A model generated the notes under the pieces. The model was not told where the DNA came from and did no database searches. It saw only the letters and a list, made by a program, of their open reading frames with translations. Made by a program: the position numbers and the translations under genes. Positions 25,050-37,206 of a stretch of 64,000 bases of DNA are shown piece after piece; positions within the stretch are counted from its first letter, which is position 1; each line of letters starts with the position of its first letter. The DNA lies in the IMG/VR virus record IMGVR_UViG_3300037313_001869, positions 320,001 to 384,000 of that record. One strand, given 5' to 3'. This DNA comes from a virus. Lineage: Duplodnaviria > Caudoviricetes.

Positions 25050-27538
25050 GGGTCGCTTTCGAGGACGCGATCGAACCTCGACCGCGGAAGTGGGGGTACC
25101 GACACGAAGTACACCGACACGTCGTGCGCGTCGTGGACGGTGTTGGTCACGTCCGCCCTGGCGTAGCGCCGCTCCCCTCCCGCTTCGAGTGTGTAGACCC
25201 CGGTTACCCGGTCGTACGCGGTCACCCAATAGCGGTCCTCTCCGATCGGGAAGATGTCGCCGATCTGAAAGAGCTGCATCAGAAGTCCTCGTCGAAGCGA
25301 TCGAACCGGCTCGGGCCCGTGGGCTCGCTCGGCTCGGGCCCCGGAGGAGGCGGAGCCGGGGCCGGCAGGTTCTCGTAGTCCTCGGGCGGCTCGTCGATGA
25401 TGAGATCGAAGCTCCCATTGCCATGGTTTTCTTCGAGCTGTGCGTTCTTGGTCGCCTTGGTCTGCAAGTCGAGCAAGACGAGCGACCGGCCGACGACCGA
25501 GCGGACCTCGAACTTCCGGTTGCCCGCCGTGAGGGTCTGTCCGACCGTGAAGGGAGAGTCAGGCATTGAAGGGTATCCTTTCGTAGCGCTTGGGGTAGCG
25601 TTTCGTCTTCTTGTCTTCGGCGACCCAGGGGACCACGCGGCGGCGCAGAAAGGCCCGGATCTCCTCGGCCGAAGGCTCCGCAAGAGCGATGCGCCACGAG
25701 AGGGGCGGAGCCGAGACGGGCGGCGGCATCTTCGCGAAGAGGTTCGTACCGAAGACCCCGAAGTACATCCTCACCTGGCCGTCCTCGGGGTGGATGTACG
25801 CTTCGTAGCCGTCGGGCAGCACGGTGACCGACCGGCCACGCTGCCAGGCGAGGGCGCGAGGGCCGGGGTCGTCCCTGCCCCTGACCCGACGCTCGATCAC
25901 GTCCGCTTCGGTCGAGCGTTGCTCGTGCATCCGTTGGTGGTCCCGGCGCAGGGCTACGTCCCGGCTGACCGCCCCGTCCATCGGGTTCGGCTTGTCTTGC
26001 GGCAAGCCCTTGGCCCACGCTTCGCGGTCGAGCCAGGGGATCTCGATGAGAGCTGACCGCGAACCGGAGGTCGCGTTCAGGAACGCGAAGTTCGGGATGC
26101 GAGGGCTCAGCAGGTAGAAGACCTCTGGTTCTTCGACCACTCCGAAGTTGGCCATGTCGTCGAAGATGATCGCGTGCGTCGTCAGGCCCCGGATGCGGTC
26201 GGGGGAAGGGGGACGGATGCTGTCGACCGATACCGTGATGAACCGGTAGTCGGGGTCGCGCATCGCCTCGCGGGTCATGGCCATGACCCGCTGCCGGGTG
26301 TTCTCAAACTCGGCCATGACCCGCTGTTCGGTCGCCTCGAAGTCGATGTGCCCGAGGATGCTACGGTACTGGACCATCGCCCCCATGCTGACCCTGAGCG
26401 AGCTTCCGATGTGCGTGTCGCCGACGAACTGCATCCTGCCCGTGGGCCCGTACTGCCTGTCGGTCGAGCGACCATAAAGCCGCTGAAACGTCTCCAGCAT
26501 TGCGTGTGATCTTGGGGGCACGGCGTTTCTCCATTTCGCGTCGGATCTTCTGGATGCCAGGGTCGAGCTGCATGGCGAACTCGATGTATTCGAGGCCGAG
26601 CTGAGCCTTCAGGTTCTTGCCCCCGCGCATGGCCCGGAGGATGTTGGGGGCCCCCTGGCGGGGGAAGGTGACTTCGAGTTCCTCGAAGTCACCTTGCTTC
26701 TTCTCGAACCAGGCGCGGATCACCTGATCACGCCGAAACTCTTTCTTGGCCCGGTCCCTCTCGCGGCGCTTCGCGGCCTCTCTGACCCGAGCAAGGCGGG
26801 TCTCTTCGGCCCAGGCGCCGCCGTCGAGCACGGCCTGAAAGCGATCGTAGAGGCGACGGGTCATGCCGAGAGCGTCAGCTCGTAGGGGTCGAAGCCGTCG
26901 TCATCGGCCAGGCGAGCGAAGCGATCAGGACGGGACTTCTCCGCTTCCGCGAGCCGGGCCCGGAGGTCGGCTTTCATCTCCTCGATCCGAGCCGGCACCC
27001 CCGCCTCTTCGGGCGGCAGGTTGCGCGGGATGGGGATCTGTTCGAGCCGCCGAAGGGCCTCGGCAAGCTCGGTCTCTTGCTCCCGCTCCCATGCCGGGGT
27101 GATCCGAGGCTCCTTGTAGCTCTGAAAGACTCCGTTGTACTCGGTCCGAAAGGCCATGAGTAGCTCGGGGCTGAGGGGTTCGGGCTCGAAGCTTGGGACC
27201 CGGATGCGCCGGACCGCTTCGGGGTTAGCCCAGAAGATCCCCGGCTCTTCGTATGCCGCAAAGCCCACCATGGGGGCCCTGGTGAAAGGCGTTTGGATCA
27301 GGTCGGCGTAGTCGAGCCCTATGCGGAACGGTCCGCGAAGGGCGTGGGAAAGCCGCGCCTCGAAGAGGTCCGGGCTGTAGATGTAGCCCGAAAAGGGCTT
27401 GCCCTCGTGGTTGACGATCATCTGGGGTTTCGCTGCTCGGTAGCGAGCCCGGACGATCCGATACCGTTTCGTCTGCGAGGGCTGCACGAGCAAGGCGAGC
27501 GAGGCCGGGTCGGTGAGGATCGTGGGGTCAGGGGGCAT
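25031..27538 (-). other. run of five hypothetical ORFs, four with R(F/Y)xR motifs (25031-25279, 25279-25566, 25559-26500, 26475-26864, 26861-27538)
   Basis: SRFDRV, SRFDRF, KRYERI, DRFARL; two ends placed at in-frame TTA. Confidence 0.55.
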
Positions 27539-27953
27539 CGTCCAGCTCCTCCGGTGAGAGGTAGAGAGACCTCGCCCAGCGAAGCAGATCGGGAGGTACC
27601 TCGCCAGGGGCCCTTCCCTTCAGGATGTCCCGCACCTCTTGGAGCGGCTTGCCCCAGCGGCGCACCAGCTCTTCGATCTCCACCTTGTGCTCGTCGTACA
27701 TCGCAACCCACATGAAGCGGAAGGCCGGTCCTGAGGTGAGACGAGCCCGAGCGAGCTTCGCCCCGATCCTCCGGCTGGCGTTCTCCATGTCCGGGCCCGA
27801 GCTGAGCCATTCTTCGTGCCAGGGGCAGGATTTGTCGAGGCACTGCACGGCCCGGAGCATGACCTGGAAGCGCTGGCCTTCGTACTCCCGGACGAACGGC
27901 GTCTGGACTTCGCGCGTCGGGCCCTTGCAACGGATGCAGATTTCGTCAGCCAT
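27528..27953 (-). CDS. MqsA/YgiT-like zinc finger plus HTH protein
   Basis: CIRC...QC N-terminus, helical C-terminus; GGTGTA upstream. Confidence 0.5.
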   Translation of the reverse strand: MADEICIRCKGPTREVQTPFVREYEGQRFQVMLRAVQCLDKSCPWHEEWLSSGPDMENASRRIGAKLARARLTSGPAFRFMWVAMYDEHKVEIEELVRRWGKPLQEVRDILKGRAPGEVPPDLLRWARSLYLSPEELDDAP

Positions 27954-27969
27954 CGGGGTACTCTACACC

Positions 27970-28290
27970 GTGCCTTGCTCGATCCCGCTCTCGGTCGCTC
28001 GTGACCTCTACGCTCGGTTCTGCGACAACCCCGATCACCCGATGGGGGTACCGTCGCCCTTGCCGTCCCCGTACAACGGCACCCTTCGCGTGCTCTCGTT
28101 CGAGTACCACGAGGCAGAAGACCGCCGAGGGTACGTTCTCGGCGAGGTCTCTTTCATGACCCGTGAGGGTACCGGCCAGTGGCGCCGAGCCTCGATGGAC
28201 CTCGGAGACTTCGCCGAGGCTGTGGTGGGCGGCTTTCTCAAGCCCCGCGCCCATCCCCGGCCCCGGTACGAACGCGAGGACGTGATCTAA
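27970..28290 (+). CDS. hypothetical protein ending PRYEREDVI (start uncertain)
   Basis: TAA at 28288-28290. Confidence 0.5.
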   Translation: MPCSIPLSVARDLYARFCDNPDHPMGVPSPLPSPYNGTLRVLSFEYHEAEDRRGYVLGEVSFMTREGTGQWRRASMDLGDFAEAVVGGFLKPRAHPRPRYEREDVI

Positions 28291-28572
28291 GCCCGCGTCC
28301 CGGCCCCGCTTGATCAGGATGACGTAGTCGCTGTCGACGAAGCGGTGAAAGCCCCGGGCGTTGCTGCCGTCGGTCCGCTGCCGTGTCCCGTAGACCGCGT
28401 AGCCGCTGGTCTCGATGGAGTTATCGACGAGAACCCGCTCGACCACGAGTGGGTAGGGCTGGGGTCCGGGGATCACGATCTCGTCGTCCTTCTTGATCGC
28501 GTGCGGCAGGATCATGCACGACTTCCACACGACGGCGGGGAACTTCTCTTCTTTCGGGGAGGCTTTTGCCAT
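28288..28572 (-). CDS. hypothetical protein; end placed at in-frame TTA (standard-code end 27946)
   Basis: otherwise it overlaps the whole opposite-strand gene. Confidence 0.5.
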
Positions 28573-28629
28573 GGCCTTAAACGACACCGCCCGGCGGAGG
28601 GCCGGGCGGGGGGTTCGTCCTGTCTTTTT

Positions 28630-29070
28630 TCAGCTCGGGAGGACCTTGCGGACGGTCTCCATCAGGTCATCGAAGGCTTCGAGGTCTTCGACGCGGAGAC
28701 GGGCGGCGAGGCGGGCCGTGACCCGGGCCTCCGAGAGGGCCACGCAGCGGACGGCGAGCACGAAGAGGCGGTAGTCGTTCGAGCCGGTGAGGTAGGCTTC
28801 GAGGTCGTTCTTCAGGAAGCTGAGCTGATCTTCGCGGCTCTTCTCTCGCAGGGCGCCGAACGCGATGCCCGAGCCGTCGCCGTATTCCACCGAGCCGAAC
28901 TCGATGTTGAAGTGAATCGGGCGGCGGTGGCGGGGGGCCGCCTTGCCGCTCCCGCCGCAGCGGAAGCAGCGGCCGGCCTGAATGTGGTTGTAGTGGGGGA
29001 GGTGACCCGAGCCGTTGCACTTGCCGCAGGTCATGTTGCTGTGAGTCGAGGTCGAGGTGGTCATTTTCAT
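28630..29070 (-). CDS. DnaJ-type zinc finger protein
   Basis: CGKCNGSG...CFRCGGSG; class A motif 29087-29113. Confidence 0.7.
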   Translation of the reverse strand: MKMTTSTSTHSNMTCGKCNGSGHLPHYNHIQAGRCFRCGGSGKAAPRHRRPIHFNIEFGSVEYGDGSGIAFGALREKSREDQLSFLKNDLEAYLTGSNDYRLFVLAVRCVALSEARVTARLAARLRVEDLEAFDDLMETVRKVLPS

Positions 29071-32000
29071 CGTCTCCTTGCCCCCTAGACGACGGGGCCC
29101 CGGACCTTTTTCCGAAAAAGTGATCGGCCCTTCGGAAAGGCTACGCCGCGAGGCGGCCCCTCTCGGCGATGCGAGAGAGGCGGCTTTCCCACGCCGGCTC
29201 GATGAGCTGCCAGAGTAGGGGCAGCTCGGTCCGGACCTGATCGAGCACGGCCGAGGCTTCGACGAGGGCCTCTTCGGTCGCCTGGTTGATGAACTTCCGG
29301 AGGACGAGGGCGTCAGCGATGCGGCTCATGGGGTCGGGGCTTTCGGGGTAGGAGGGGAGAGCCAGCAGCGGCCACAGATGGCCGTGCTGTCATTCATCTT
29401 GCTGGTACAGAGATGGTCGCAGCACTCGGTACCGCAGCGGCGGCACTTCCAGAGGGCCCGCTGGCTCTTCTTGCAGCGGGAGCACCGGCGCCGATTCACA
29501 TTGCGCCGGGTCACAGGGCCACCACACGGGCCCGGATGGTCCGGCAGGGGTCGCCCTTGTTCATGTTGAACTCGTCGTCCGAGAGCCGGTTCAGGTGCCG
29601 GGCGTAGAAGACGAACACCCGGCCTCGGACGGTGAAGGTCACCTGCACACTGTGGCCGTAGTCGGCCCCCAGCTCCTTGACCTCGGTGATCTTGCCCTTC
29701 TCGTGCTTGGCCACGCCGTAGGAGGGGTTGCCCTTGAGGATCTGAAGAGTGCGGCCAACGAAGCTCTGAGCGGGGGTGGTGTTCATGGCTGTTTGATCTC
29801 CGGAAAGGGGTTGGGGGACGATCAGCCCTCGCCGCGGGCGAGAGCCTTGCTGACGCGGCGCTCAGCCCGGGCCGTGAAGCGCTTGGCCCAGCGGACGTGA
29901 GAGGGGGTGCAGGCGCAATCGAAGAAGTCACGGCCCCGGAAGGAGCGGCAGGCGCGGGCGTTCGAGAGAGCCTTGTTGATCTGCTTGGTCATCGTCATCG
30001 TGGGTGCTCTCCGAACGATCGAACCTGCCGACTTTTTCCGAAAAAGTGTCAGCCCTTCCTCTGGGCTTCGTAGGCGTCCCACTCGGCCAGAGCCGCGACC
30101 CGCAGGGCCGAAACTGTGCGGACGGTGGCCGTGAAGTAGCCGTGCCTCCGGGCGTAGCGCTGGCACGCCTCGGAGAGGCGACGCTTGGACGCGGGGGAGT
30201 CGACGTAGTTGATCACCTTGGCGGGCTTCTTGGCTTCCATGACAGGGTCCTTTCGGGAGAGGCTCAGCCGCGATCCTTTTCCATGGCGACCGAGAGGGAG
30301 TAGACCGCGCGAAGAGCCTCGGTCAGGGCGGGCTTGCCCAGGGGGCCCAGCTCGAAATCCCCTCGGAGCCGCGCCGAGTCGATCCGCTTGAGCATGTCGA
30401 GCACGTCCATCACTTGGATCTCGGCCTCGCGGGTCGTGGTGGGCTGGGGCGGGAGCTTGTTGGTGGTCTTCTTGCTCATGGTGATCCCGAGACGATCGGC
30501 CCTGGTCCTTTTTTCCAAAAATCAGCGGCGCTTTTTCGAGGGCACAGGCGGGTAGAGGGCGAGGACCTTCCGGAGCACCGAGACGGGCATTCCGTAGGCC
30601 GCCTGGGCCGTACGTTCCTCGTCCCAACCCCGATCGGCCATGGTCTTCCGGGCGGCGTCGGCCCATACCTGGTTCACGATCCCGCCCCAGTGAAACGAGC
30701 TGTCCGCTTCCATGCCCTCGGCGTAGACGGCTGAGACCTGGCTTGCTCGGTAGTAGAGGCCCGAGGCCAGGGCCTTTTCACTCATGTAGATCGCCTGGCC
30801 CCGGATGGCCGCGATCGTGCCCTTGGTGGTCACCATCCCCTCGCGTGCCTCGATGCTGCCGAGTACGAGGCGCCCGACCGGATCGCTCAGGACTTCGATG
30901 TACGGCATGATCAGACCTGCTCCGTCAGGAGGTGGAACGAGACGATGTCGAGGTTATCGCCGAAGGCGTAGACCGAGCGGCTGTCCATCGACACGCACAC
31001 CCTCTCGACCGTCTGGCCCGTGAGGACGTTGCGATAGGTGGCCGTGTAGTCGAGACCGCCGAGGTGGGCCCTCATCCGGTTCTCTTCCTCGTTCGCCAGG
31101 TACCGGCCCTCGCGCTCGCGCAGAAGGGCCCAGCCCTCGGCCTTCAGCTCGTAGCCCCCGTGGAAGGCCGACCGGCGCACGAAACCGGCCTTCGCGAGGC
31201 CGCGGAGCCGCTTGACGAGGCTCGGCTGAATGTCCTTGAGGGGCAGGTCCCCGCCGGCTCGGGCGAGCTTGGCGAGGGCCAGGTGCTCCAGCCGAGCGTG
31301 GCCGCCCGTGCCGGGGAGCGCCTTATGGACCGGGAGGAAACCGAGCATCGAGGTCTTCATGGTGCCCAGAAGACGACCGGGGCCCCCGACTTTTTCCAGA
31401 AAAGATCAGGCCCGGCCCATCCTTGGGTTTTGCCTTGCCTGGTAGAGCTTCTCGCCCTCGGTCATGGCCTCGATCAGGGCCCGCTGGACGAGCACGATCA
31501 GGACATCCCTCGGGGGAAGCCGGGTCATGGCCGAGAGGGGCGCTGTGCCCCCGGCCTGCTTGTAGAGGGCGAGGATCTCGGTATCCTCGCGCCAGGCGCC
31601 GGTAGCGAAATGGCCCTTCACAGCGGCCAGGCTGATCCGGTACTCGCCCGAGGGGGACCGGAAGCCAAGCTGGAGGCTCTGGGGATCGTCGAAGGGCTGG
31701 CACGCCTTCCGGCCGTGCTCGCCCACCTGGGTTGTCAGCGCATCGAGGTACTCTTGGAACGTCATCGGGCCTCAAAAGCCCCCGGCCCGGGTACCCTCTT
31801 TCGAGAGCCCGGGCCGGGGGGTCTACTGTCGTCCCTCTTCGGGAGGGACACCGCACGCCCGCCGCCTCTCACGCTGAGGGGGTCGGCAGGGATAGGGGGC
31901 GAGGCGCCAAGGATCTCTCGGCTCGGGCTACACGATGCCCGCCTCGCCACGTTGCCTCGGCTTCCGGCCGAGTGACGGGGTCTCCCCTCCCGGGCCCAGG

Positions 32001-32392
32001 AGAGGAGACCTGCTATGCACGTATCACCTAGACACCAGAGAGACGCGGATCTGACCGCCGCTCTCTTCGCCTCCGGCCGCCTCGGGGAAGGCCGCCAGGA
32101 CCTCCCGACGGCTCTCGGCCTCGTTCGCCTGGAAGAAGCGCACGATGGCCTTGCCCCGCTCGTCCTTCGGCATGGCCTTGATGGCCTCGGTGGGGCGCCG
32201 CGACGCCACCGCCCCGTAGCAGGCCCCGTCGGGGCCGTGGGTCAGGGTCATGTGGTCGCCCGTGAGCGAGGAGGGCTCCCACGCCTCGTAGACGGCCACC
32301 GAGGCGCCGATGACGACGGTGCGGGTGATGAGCTTGCCAGCGGGGGTCAGGACCGAGGTGCTTTTCATGGTGGTAGCCAAACGGAGAAAGGC

Positions 32393-32662
32393 TCAGGCTT
32401 TTTCCGAAAAAGCGCGCTGCTCGCTCACGAGCGCCCGAAGCTCGGAATCGTGGGGAAACTCACTCTCGATCCAGGCCAGAACGAAAGCGATCTTGCTGTC
32501 TCGCTCGGCGGCGAGGATCAGGCTCGTATGCACCTCGGCCATCGGACCGGCGAAGTTGACGTGGTAGGGGTTGAGCCCGGAGTTGATGGCCAGGTAGTGG
32601 GCCTGCTTGGCCGTCGGGTAGAGACGGCCAAGCAGGGCGTGAAGGCGGGTAAGGGTGTTCAT
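32393..32662 (-). CDS. stand-alone effector-associated domain (EAD1-like) protein
   Basis: LL.RLYP...LA..SGL...VNF...LI.AA....KI..VL.....EFP....L pattern. Confidence 0.55.
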   Translation of the reverse strand: MNTLTRLHALLGRLYPTAKQAHYLAINSGLNPYHVNFAGPMAEVHTSLILAAERDSKIAFVLAWIESEFPHDSELRALVSEQRAFSEKA

Positions 32663-33435
32663 GGCTCAGATGCTCCCGGGGCCGGTCGAGAACGCCTCGT
32701 GCGAGCGGTAGTCGCCGCCCTTCTTCACGAAGGCCCGGAGCGAGCCGCAGGCCCTCTCGGCCGCCGCCTCGCTCCGGTAGACCTGCCGGCCCGAGTAGGG
32801 GATCATCTCTTCGTTCTCTTCGCGGACCATCTCGACGAACCACCCGTCCGCCTCGAAGCGGCCGTCCTCGTCCGAGGCCCAGTAGCGGCCCGGGACAGGT
32901 CGGAAAGTCATCGTCTCGCTCGCCTTGTTGGTCGTGGTCTTCATGGTGTCTCCGAGACGATCGGCCTCCGGGCCTTTTTCCGAAAATCAGCCGATCTGGT
33001 AGCGGGCCAGGAAATCCTCGGCCGCGCGGCGGGTCTCGGGCCGGACGAACTCCCGCAGGTATTGGGCGTAGCGCTCGTCGTCCATGTGGCCCGGCTTCCA
33101 GTTGCCCGTGACCATGGCGAGGCGCTGGCGCATCTGGGACGCGAGGATCTCGTCTTCGTAGGCCATGTCCCGGGTCAGTTCGAGCCGGCCCTCGTAGGTC
33201 TCGCCGTTGCTGTAGGCGACCGAGAAGTTGCCCTTGTGGCACGTCCCGTCGTCGGGCGCCGTCCGGGCCATGCGCCGGATGATCTCGTCGGCCTCGGCGA
33301 GCGAGCCGGCCTGGAACGTCCCGGTCTCGCTCGTGAAGCCCTCGCCCCGGGTGACCGAGACGGACGTGACAGTGAAGCGATCAGAAGGGATGGCGGCGAG
33401 CATGATCATGGGAAGGGGTTCCTTTCGGCGGGGGT

Positions 33436-33708
33436 TCAACGCTCGGCCATCTCGATGAGGGCACAAGCGAGACGGTGCTTGCAGTGGTTGCCGCCCTGCT
33501 GAGTGTCGGGACAGGTGCAGGACGAGGTACGGGCGGCGCGGTTGATGGTGACCGTGTAGTCGCCCGTGGCGCCCTCGACGCGGTAGGTGTTGTCGTCGAC
33601 CTTGTGGATGCCGCCCGTGAGCGCCACCGCTCGGAAGATCCGAGGAGCAAGCTCGGGGTGCTTGGCGGCCCAGCGGTTCGCGACATTCTGAATCTTGGTG
33701 GCGTCCAT
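33436..33708 (-). CDS. SWIM zinc finger protein
   Basis: YTV...CTCPD...CKH. Confidence 0.8.
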   Translation of the reverse strand: MDATKIQNVANRWAAKHPELAPRIFRAVALTGGIHKVDDNTYRVEGATGDYTVTINRAARTSSCTCPDTQQGGNHCKHRLACALIEMAER

Positions 33709-34288
33709 GGTGCCTCGGAGACGATCGACGGCCTCGGGTTTTTCCGAAGCCGTCGATCTTTTTTCGGTCACGCCTCGAAGTGCAGACCACACCTGCGGCA
33801 GCACAGCTCACGCCGGCTCGTGCAGCCGTTGTCCTCGTGCGGGCCCTCGTCGCCGCACTCGGGGCAGGCGATCTCACGGCGGGCTTCTTTGGCGAGGGCT
33901 TTCAGAGCAGCCGCCTTGCCCGAGCGTTGCGTGGTGAGGATCTGGAAGGCTTTGCGATCGGTGGGGGTCATGGTCCCGAAGAGACGCCCGAGGCGCCGAT
34001 CTTTTTCCGGCATTCTTCGCACCAGACCGAAGGGTCGGGCAGCGCCTCTTTCGCGAGCGCGAGCGAGCCGTGACAGACCATCGTGGCGTGGTCTTCGCAC
34101 AGGGTCACCCACGGCAGCTCGGGGTCGGTTTCGATGCCGGCCTGCATGGAATGGTAAAGGCCCGCACGGCTGCCCGTGATCCGGCTCTTGCGGATCACGA
34201 CGCAGCCGGCGAGCCCGTCGAAGCCGTACTCTTTGATCTGGCGAGGCATGGCCGGGGGAGACGATCTCAGCCCCGGCTTTTTTCCCGG

Positions 34289-34729
34289 TTAGATCACGTC
34301 CCGTTCAGGGAGCGGCCGGGAGTTCCATTGCAGTTGGAACCTCCGCAGGTACTCGGAGAAGCTCTCGCCCCGGAACGGGTCAACCCCGTCCTTGGCCTCG
34401 GGACCGGCCGAGAGAACCTCGTCAAGCGCCTGGACCACGCCCGCGAGGGTCGTTGGGTAGCGGCAGACCATGCGCTCGAAGGGCAGGTTCACCGAGAGCC
34501 AGTAGCGCTTTTTGCTTGGTTCGTAGGTGATCGAGAAGGTGACCGATTCGGGCCGGGCCACCTTCCGAAACCGGTTCTCGCCCGGACGGACCCTCACAGC
34601 GGGGCGGCCGAGGGTCGGCTCCCGCCGGCCGCCGTGGCCGAAATAGATCACCTCGTCGCCCCTCTTGTACGTCTTGCCGATGGTCAGGCCGCGCGAGGCG
34701 CAAGCCCTCCGGAAGGTCGACTCCCTCAT
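34289..34729 (-). CDS. hypothetical protein
   Basis: SD GGAGG; ATGA overlap with upstream gene. Confidence 0.55.
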   Translation of the reverse strand: MRESTFRRACASRGLTIGKTYKRGDEVIYFGHGGRREPTLGRPAVRVRPGENRFRKVARPESVTFSITYEPSKKRYWLSVNLPFERMVCRYPTTLAGVVQALDEVLSAGPEAKDGVDPFRGESFSEYLRRFQLQWNSRPLPERDVI

Positions 34730-35004
34730 GGCTCCTCCCGAAGGACCCGATCGAAGAGGGTCTTTGGCGGGTTCTCTTCCAGCTCGAACTCGTGCCAGCC
34801 GTAGGCCGCCACGCTCCCGTCGTCGTGCTTCACCCAGTACACGTCGCCCCCGTGGCCGCCGACGAACGAGCCGAGAACGCCCCGCAACCCTCCCTTGCGG
34901 GCGGCGAGGTAGTCTTGCCGGACCAGCATCCCGGTCGGGGCGCCGATCTGGTCGTGAACGACGATGCGCGTGCCTGGTGTGAGGATCTCGCTTGGCTCTT
35001 GCAT
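34726..35004 (-). CDS. hypothetical protein ending TLFDRVLREEP
   Basis: SD GGAGGGAG. Confidence 0.6.
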   Translation of the reverse strand: MQEPSEILTPGTRIVVHDQIGAPTGMLVRQDYLAARKGGLRGVLGSFVGGHGGDVYWVKHDDGSVAAYGWHEFELEENPPKTLFDRVLREEP

Positions 35005-35015
35005 GGGCTCCCTCC

Positions 35016-35059
35016 GAAAGCAGAAGAGGGGCCTTCCCGCTCACCGGAAAGGCCCCTCT
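35016..35059 (-). terminator. intrinsic terminator
   Basis: AGAGGGGCCTTTCC/GGGAAGGCCCCTCT stem followed by TCTGCTTT. Confidence 0.6.
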
Positions 35060-35071
35060 CCCGGGGTCAGC

Positions 35072-36151
35072 TAACCACTTGCCGTCGCGCACGCCGGGGG
35101 CCGGAACCGGCTTCGGCGAGAGGTCCCGGATCTGCTCCTTCGGGATCTCGATGCTCTTGGCGATGTCGGCCGCGAGGTGCATCCCCTTCTGGAAGCCCAG
35201 CTCCTTCAGGCCCTTCAGGTTGGCGAGAAGGGGCGTGCCTTCGAGCGCCTTCAGGTCCTCACGGTAGTAGTCGAACCAGGGGTAGCCGCGCTGGCGGTAG
35301 TAGTCGGCCGAGGCCGGGGTCGAGGGCGCCGGCTCGCCCGTGATGATCTCCCAGGCCAGGCTGTTGGCGAGGCTGACGAAGCACCTCTCCTTGGCCGAGA
35401 GGTCCCACACGTCGAGCCCGTGCGGGTCGTCGAACACCTGCTGCTTCATCTTGCCGCCGGCCGCGAGGCCCATGTCGGCCGCCGGAGCCGCCGCCGCGAA
35501 GGACATGCACTCCAGGGCTCCGCCCATGCTCTCCAGGCTCCTGATGCCCCGGCCGCGGTAGCGCCGGTCCTCGGGCACGATCGGGAACTTCTTCTCGAAG
35601 ACCTCGCGCTTCATCGGGTAGGCTTCGATCTGGATGCCGCCGAAGGTCTCCTTGCCCGTGAGCTGCGCCTCGACCGTGAAGCCCATCCCGAGCGGAGCGG
35701 CGACGAACTGGCGGATCGTGCCCTTCTCGACCGTGAAGCCGTCGAGCCACGGCTGCTCGGGGATCGTGACGTAGTCCTTCGCCCGCAGCTCGTTCGTCCA
35801 CGCCTCGCCCGTCACGGCCGAGCGCATCCCGGCGCCGATCTTGAGCGCGATCGGGTAGTTGGTCTGCCGCTCCTCGTCGAAGGTGCCGCTGAAGGAGAGC
35901 CAGAGCGCCTCGGCCTGGTACATCGGCAGGAAGATGCCGCCCCGCTCGACCCACGAGGCCGGCACGCGCTCGCGGTAGGAGTCCACCTTGCGCAGAGGGA
36001 AGCTCCCGAGACCCGGGGGCAAGGGGTAGTTCTTGCCGTCGTCGGGGATGCGGATCGTCCGCTCGAACTCGATCTCGGCCTTGGCCGAGGGGTGGACGTT
36101 CGGGAACGCGAACGCGAGGCGGGTGTTGTGCTGAGTCAGGTCCATCTTCAT
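35072..36151 (-). CDS. conserved uncharacterised protein (RTIRIPDDG..YPLPPGLG family); end placed at in-frame TTA
   Basis: motifs LPMYQAEALWLSF, QPWLDGF, MGLAAGG, GYPWFDYY. Confidence 0.7.
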
Positions 36152-36201
36152 TTCCTCTCGTAACGGGTGGGTACTGCCGGACAGGAGCTTTTCTACACCG
36201 A

Positions 36202-37145
36202 TCAGGTCGCCGGAAGATCCGACTTTTCGCCGGGCAGCGCCGGCTGCCAGCTCGTGTCGAGCTGGATCTTGAAAGCGTCTTCGACCAGCTTGGCCCAGTG
36301 CTGCCAATCGCCGATCGTCGTGAAGAACTTGGTTTCCAGGACCGGCTCTCCGTTGCGTTCGCCGGGGCCCCGGGCCCGGCCCGTTCCCTTCGAGCCAACG
36401 ACCCACTGGCCGCTGTTCACCTCGAAGCCGTTCGGCCCGAACCGAGCCATGCAGCCCAGGATGCCGTTGACCCACACGATCCGGCCGTCGGTCGAGACCT
36501 CGTAGGCGCCGATCTTCTTCGTCTTGATCTTTTTCATAGGGCCCTTTCGGGGGAGCGCTCCCCGCCTCGGCGAATCTACACCGAGGCGGGGAGAAGGGCT
36601 CAGAGGCCGTCGTTCTCGCTGAGCGCTTGCCGAACCCGGCGAAACCGCCACTCGGGAAAGGCCCCGCCGAAGTAGAGCGCCGCGTCGACTCCGTTCTTGG
36701 CCAGCACCCGCTGCTCGAACTCCCGCCCGCTCGGGTCGCCCTCGATCACGAAGGAAACCACGTAAGCCGTCCGCTCGCCCGCGGCTTTCACGAGGGGCGA
36801 GACCTCTTCGATCTTCGACCGAAGCCTCGGGCCGTCGAAGCCGAGCCTCTCGCAGACCTCGTGCGTCAGGCCCTCATCGCCGAAGATCACGAGCCGGACG
36901 GCCAGCTCGTTCAGGTTGATGTCGACGAGGTACCGGGCGTAGCTCTTGTTCGCTTCCTCGTGAAGGGGCGTTTCGTAGCCCTGGACCATCTGGTCGATAA
37001 GCTGACGCTGCCTCTCGGGCCAGAGCTGCCGAATGGCCTGGACCATGAGGGTCTCGGTCCGGCTCACCCGGATCTCGTCGGTACCGTCGCGAAGCACGGG
37101 AGAAAACGTCTCGGGCAGGGGGCTTGAGGGGGCGAGGCTGGTCAT
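36202..37145 (-). other. two hypothetical ORFs (36202-36537, 36600-37145)
   Basis: preceded by class B (36577) and class A (37173) motifs. Confidence 0.55.
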
Positions 37146-37206
37146 GGCAGGGGTTCCTTTCAGGCAGGCCCGAGACGATCGGGCCTGCCCGCCTTTTCCG
37201 AACTTC

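Larger units (their letters stand above)
29141..34249 (-). other. array of about 17 small ORFs, eight preceded by their own class A motif
   Basis: motifs at 30013, 30490, 31371, 32379, 32955, 33719, 33982, 34259. Confidence 0.65.

Noticed and set aside
29000-34300. CRISPR array or integron attC sites from the recurring TTTTCCGAAAA/GAGACG repeats
   Set aside because: Spacing is gene-sized; the bipartite motif with a variable 17-nt core at a fixed distance from ATG fits promoters.
34289-36475. 728-aa ORF in the track
   Set aside because: Spans a terminator and overlaps another gene; better read as 35072-36151 plus 34289-34729.
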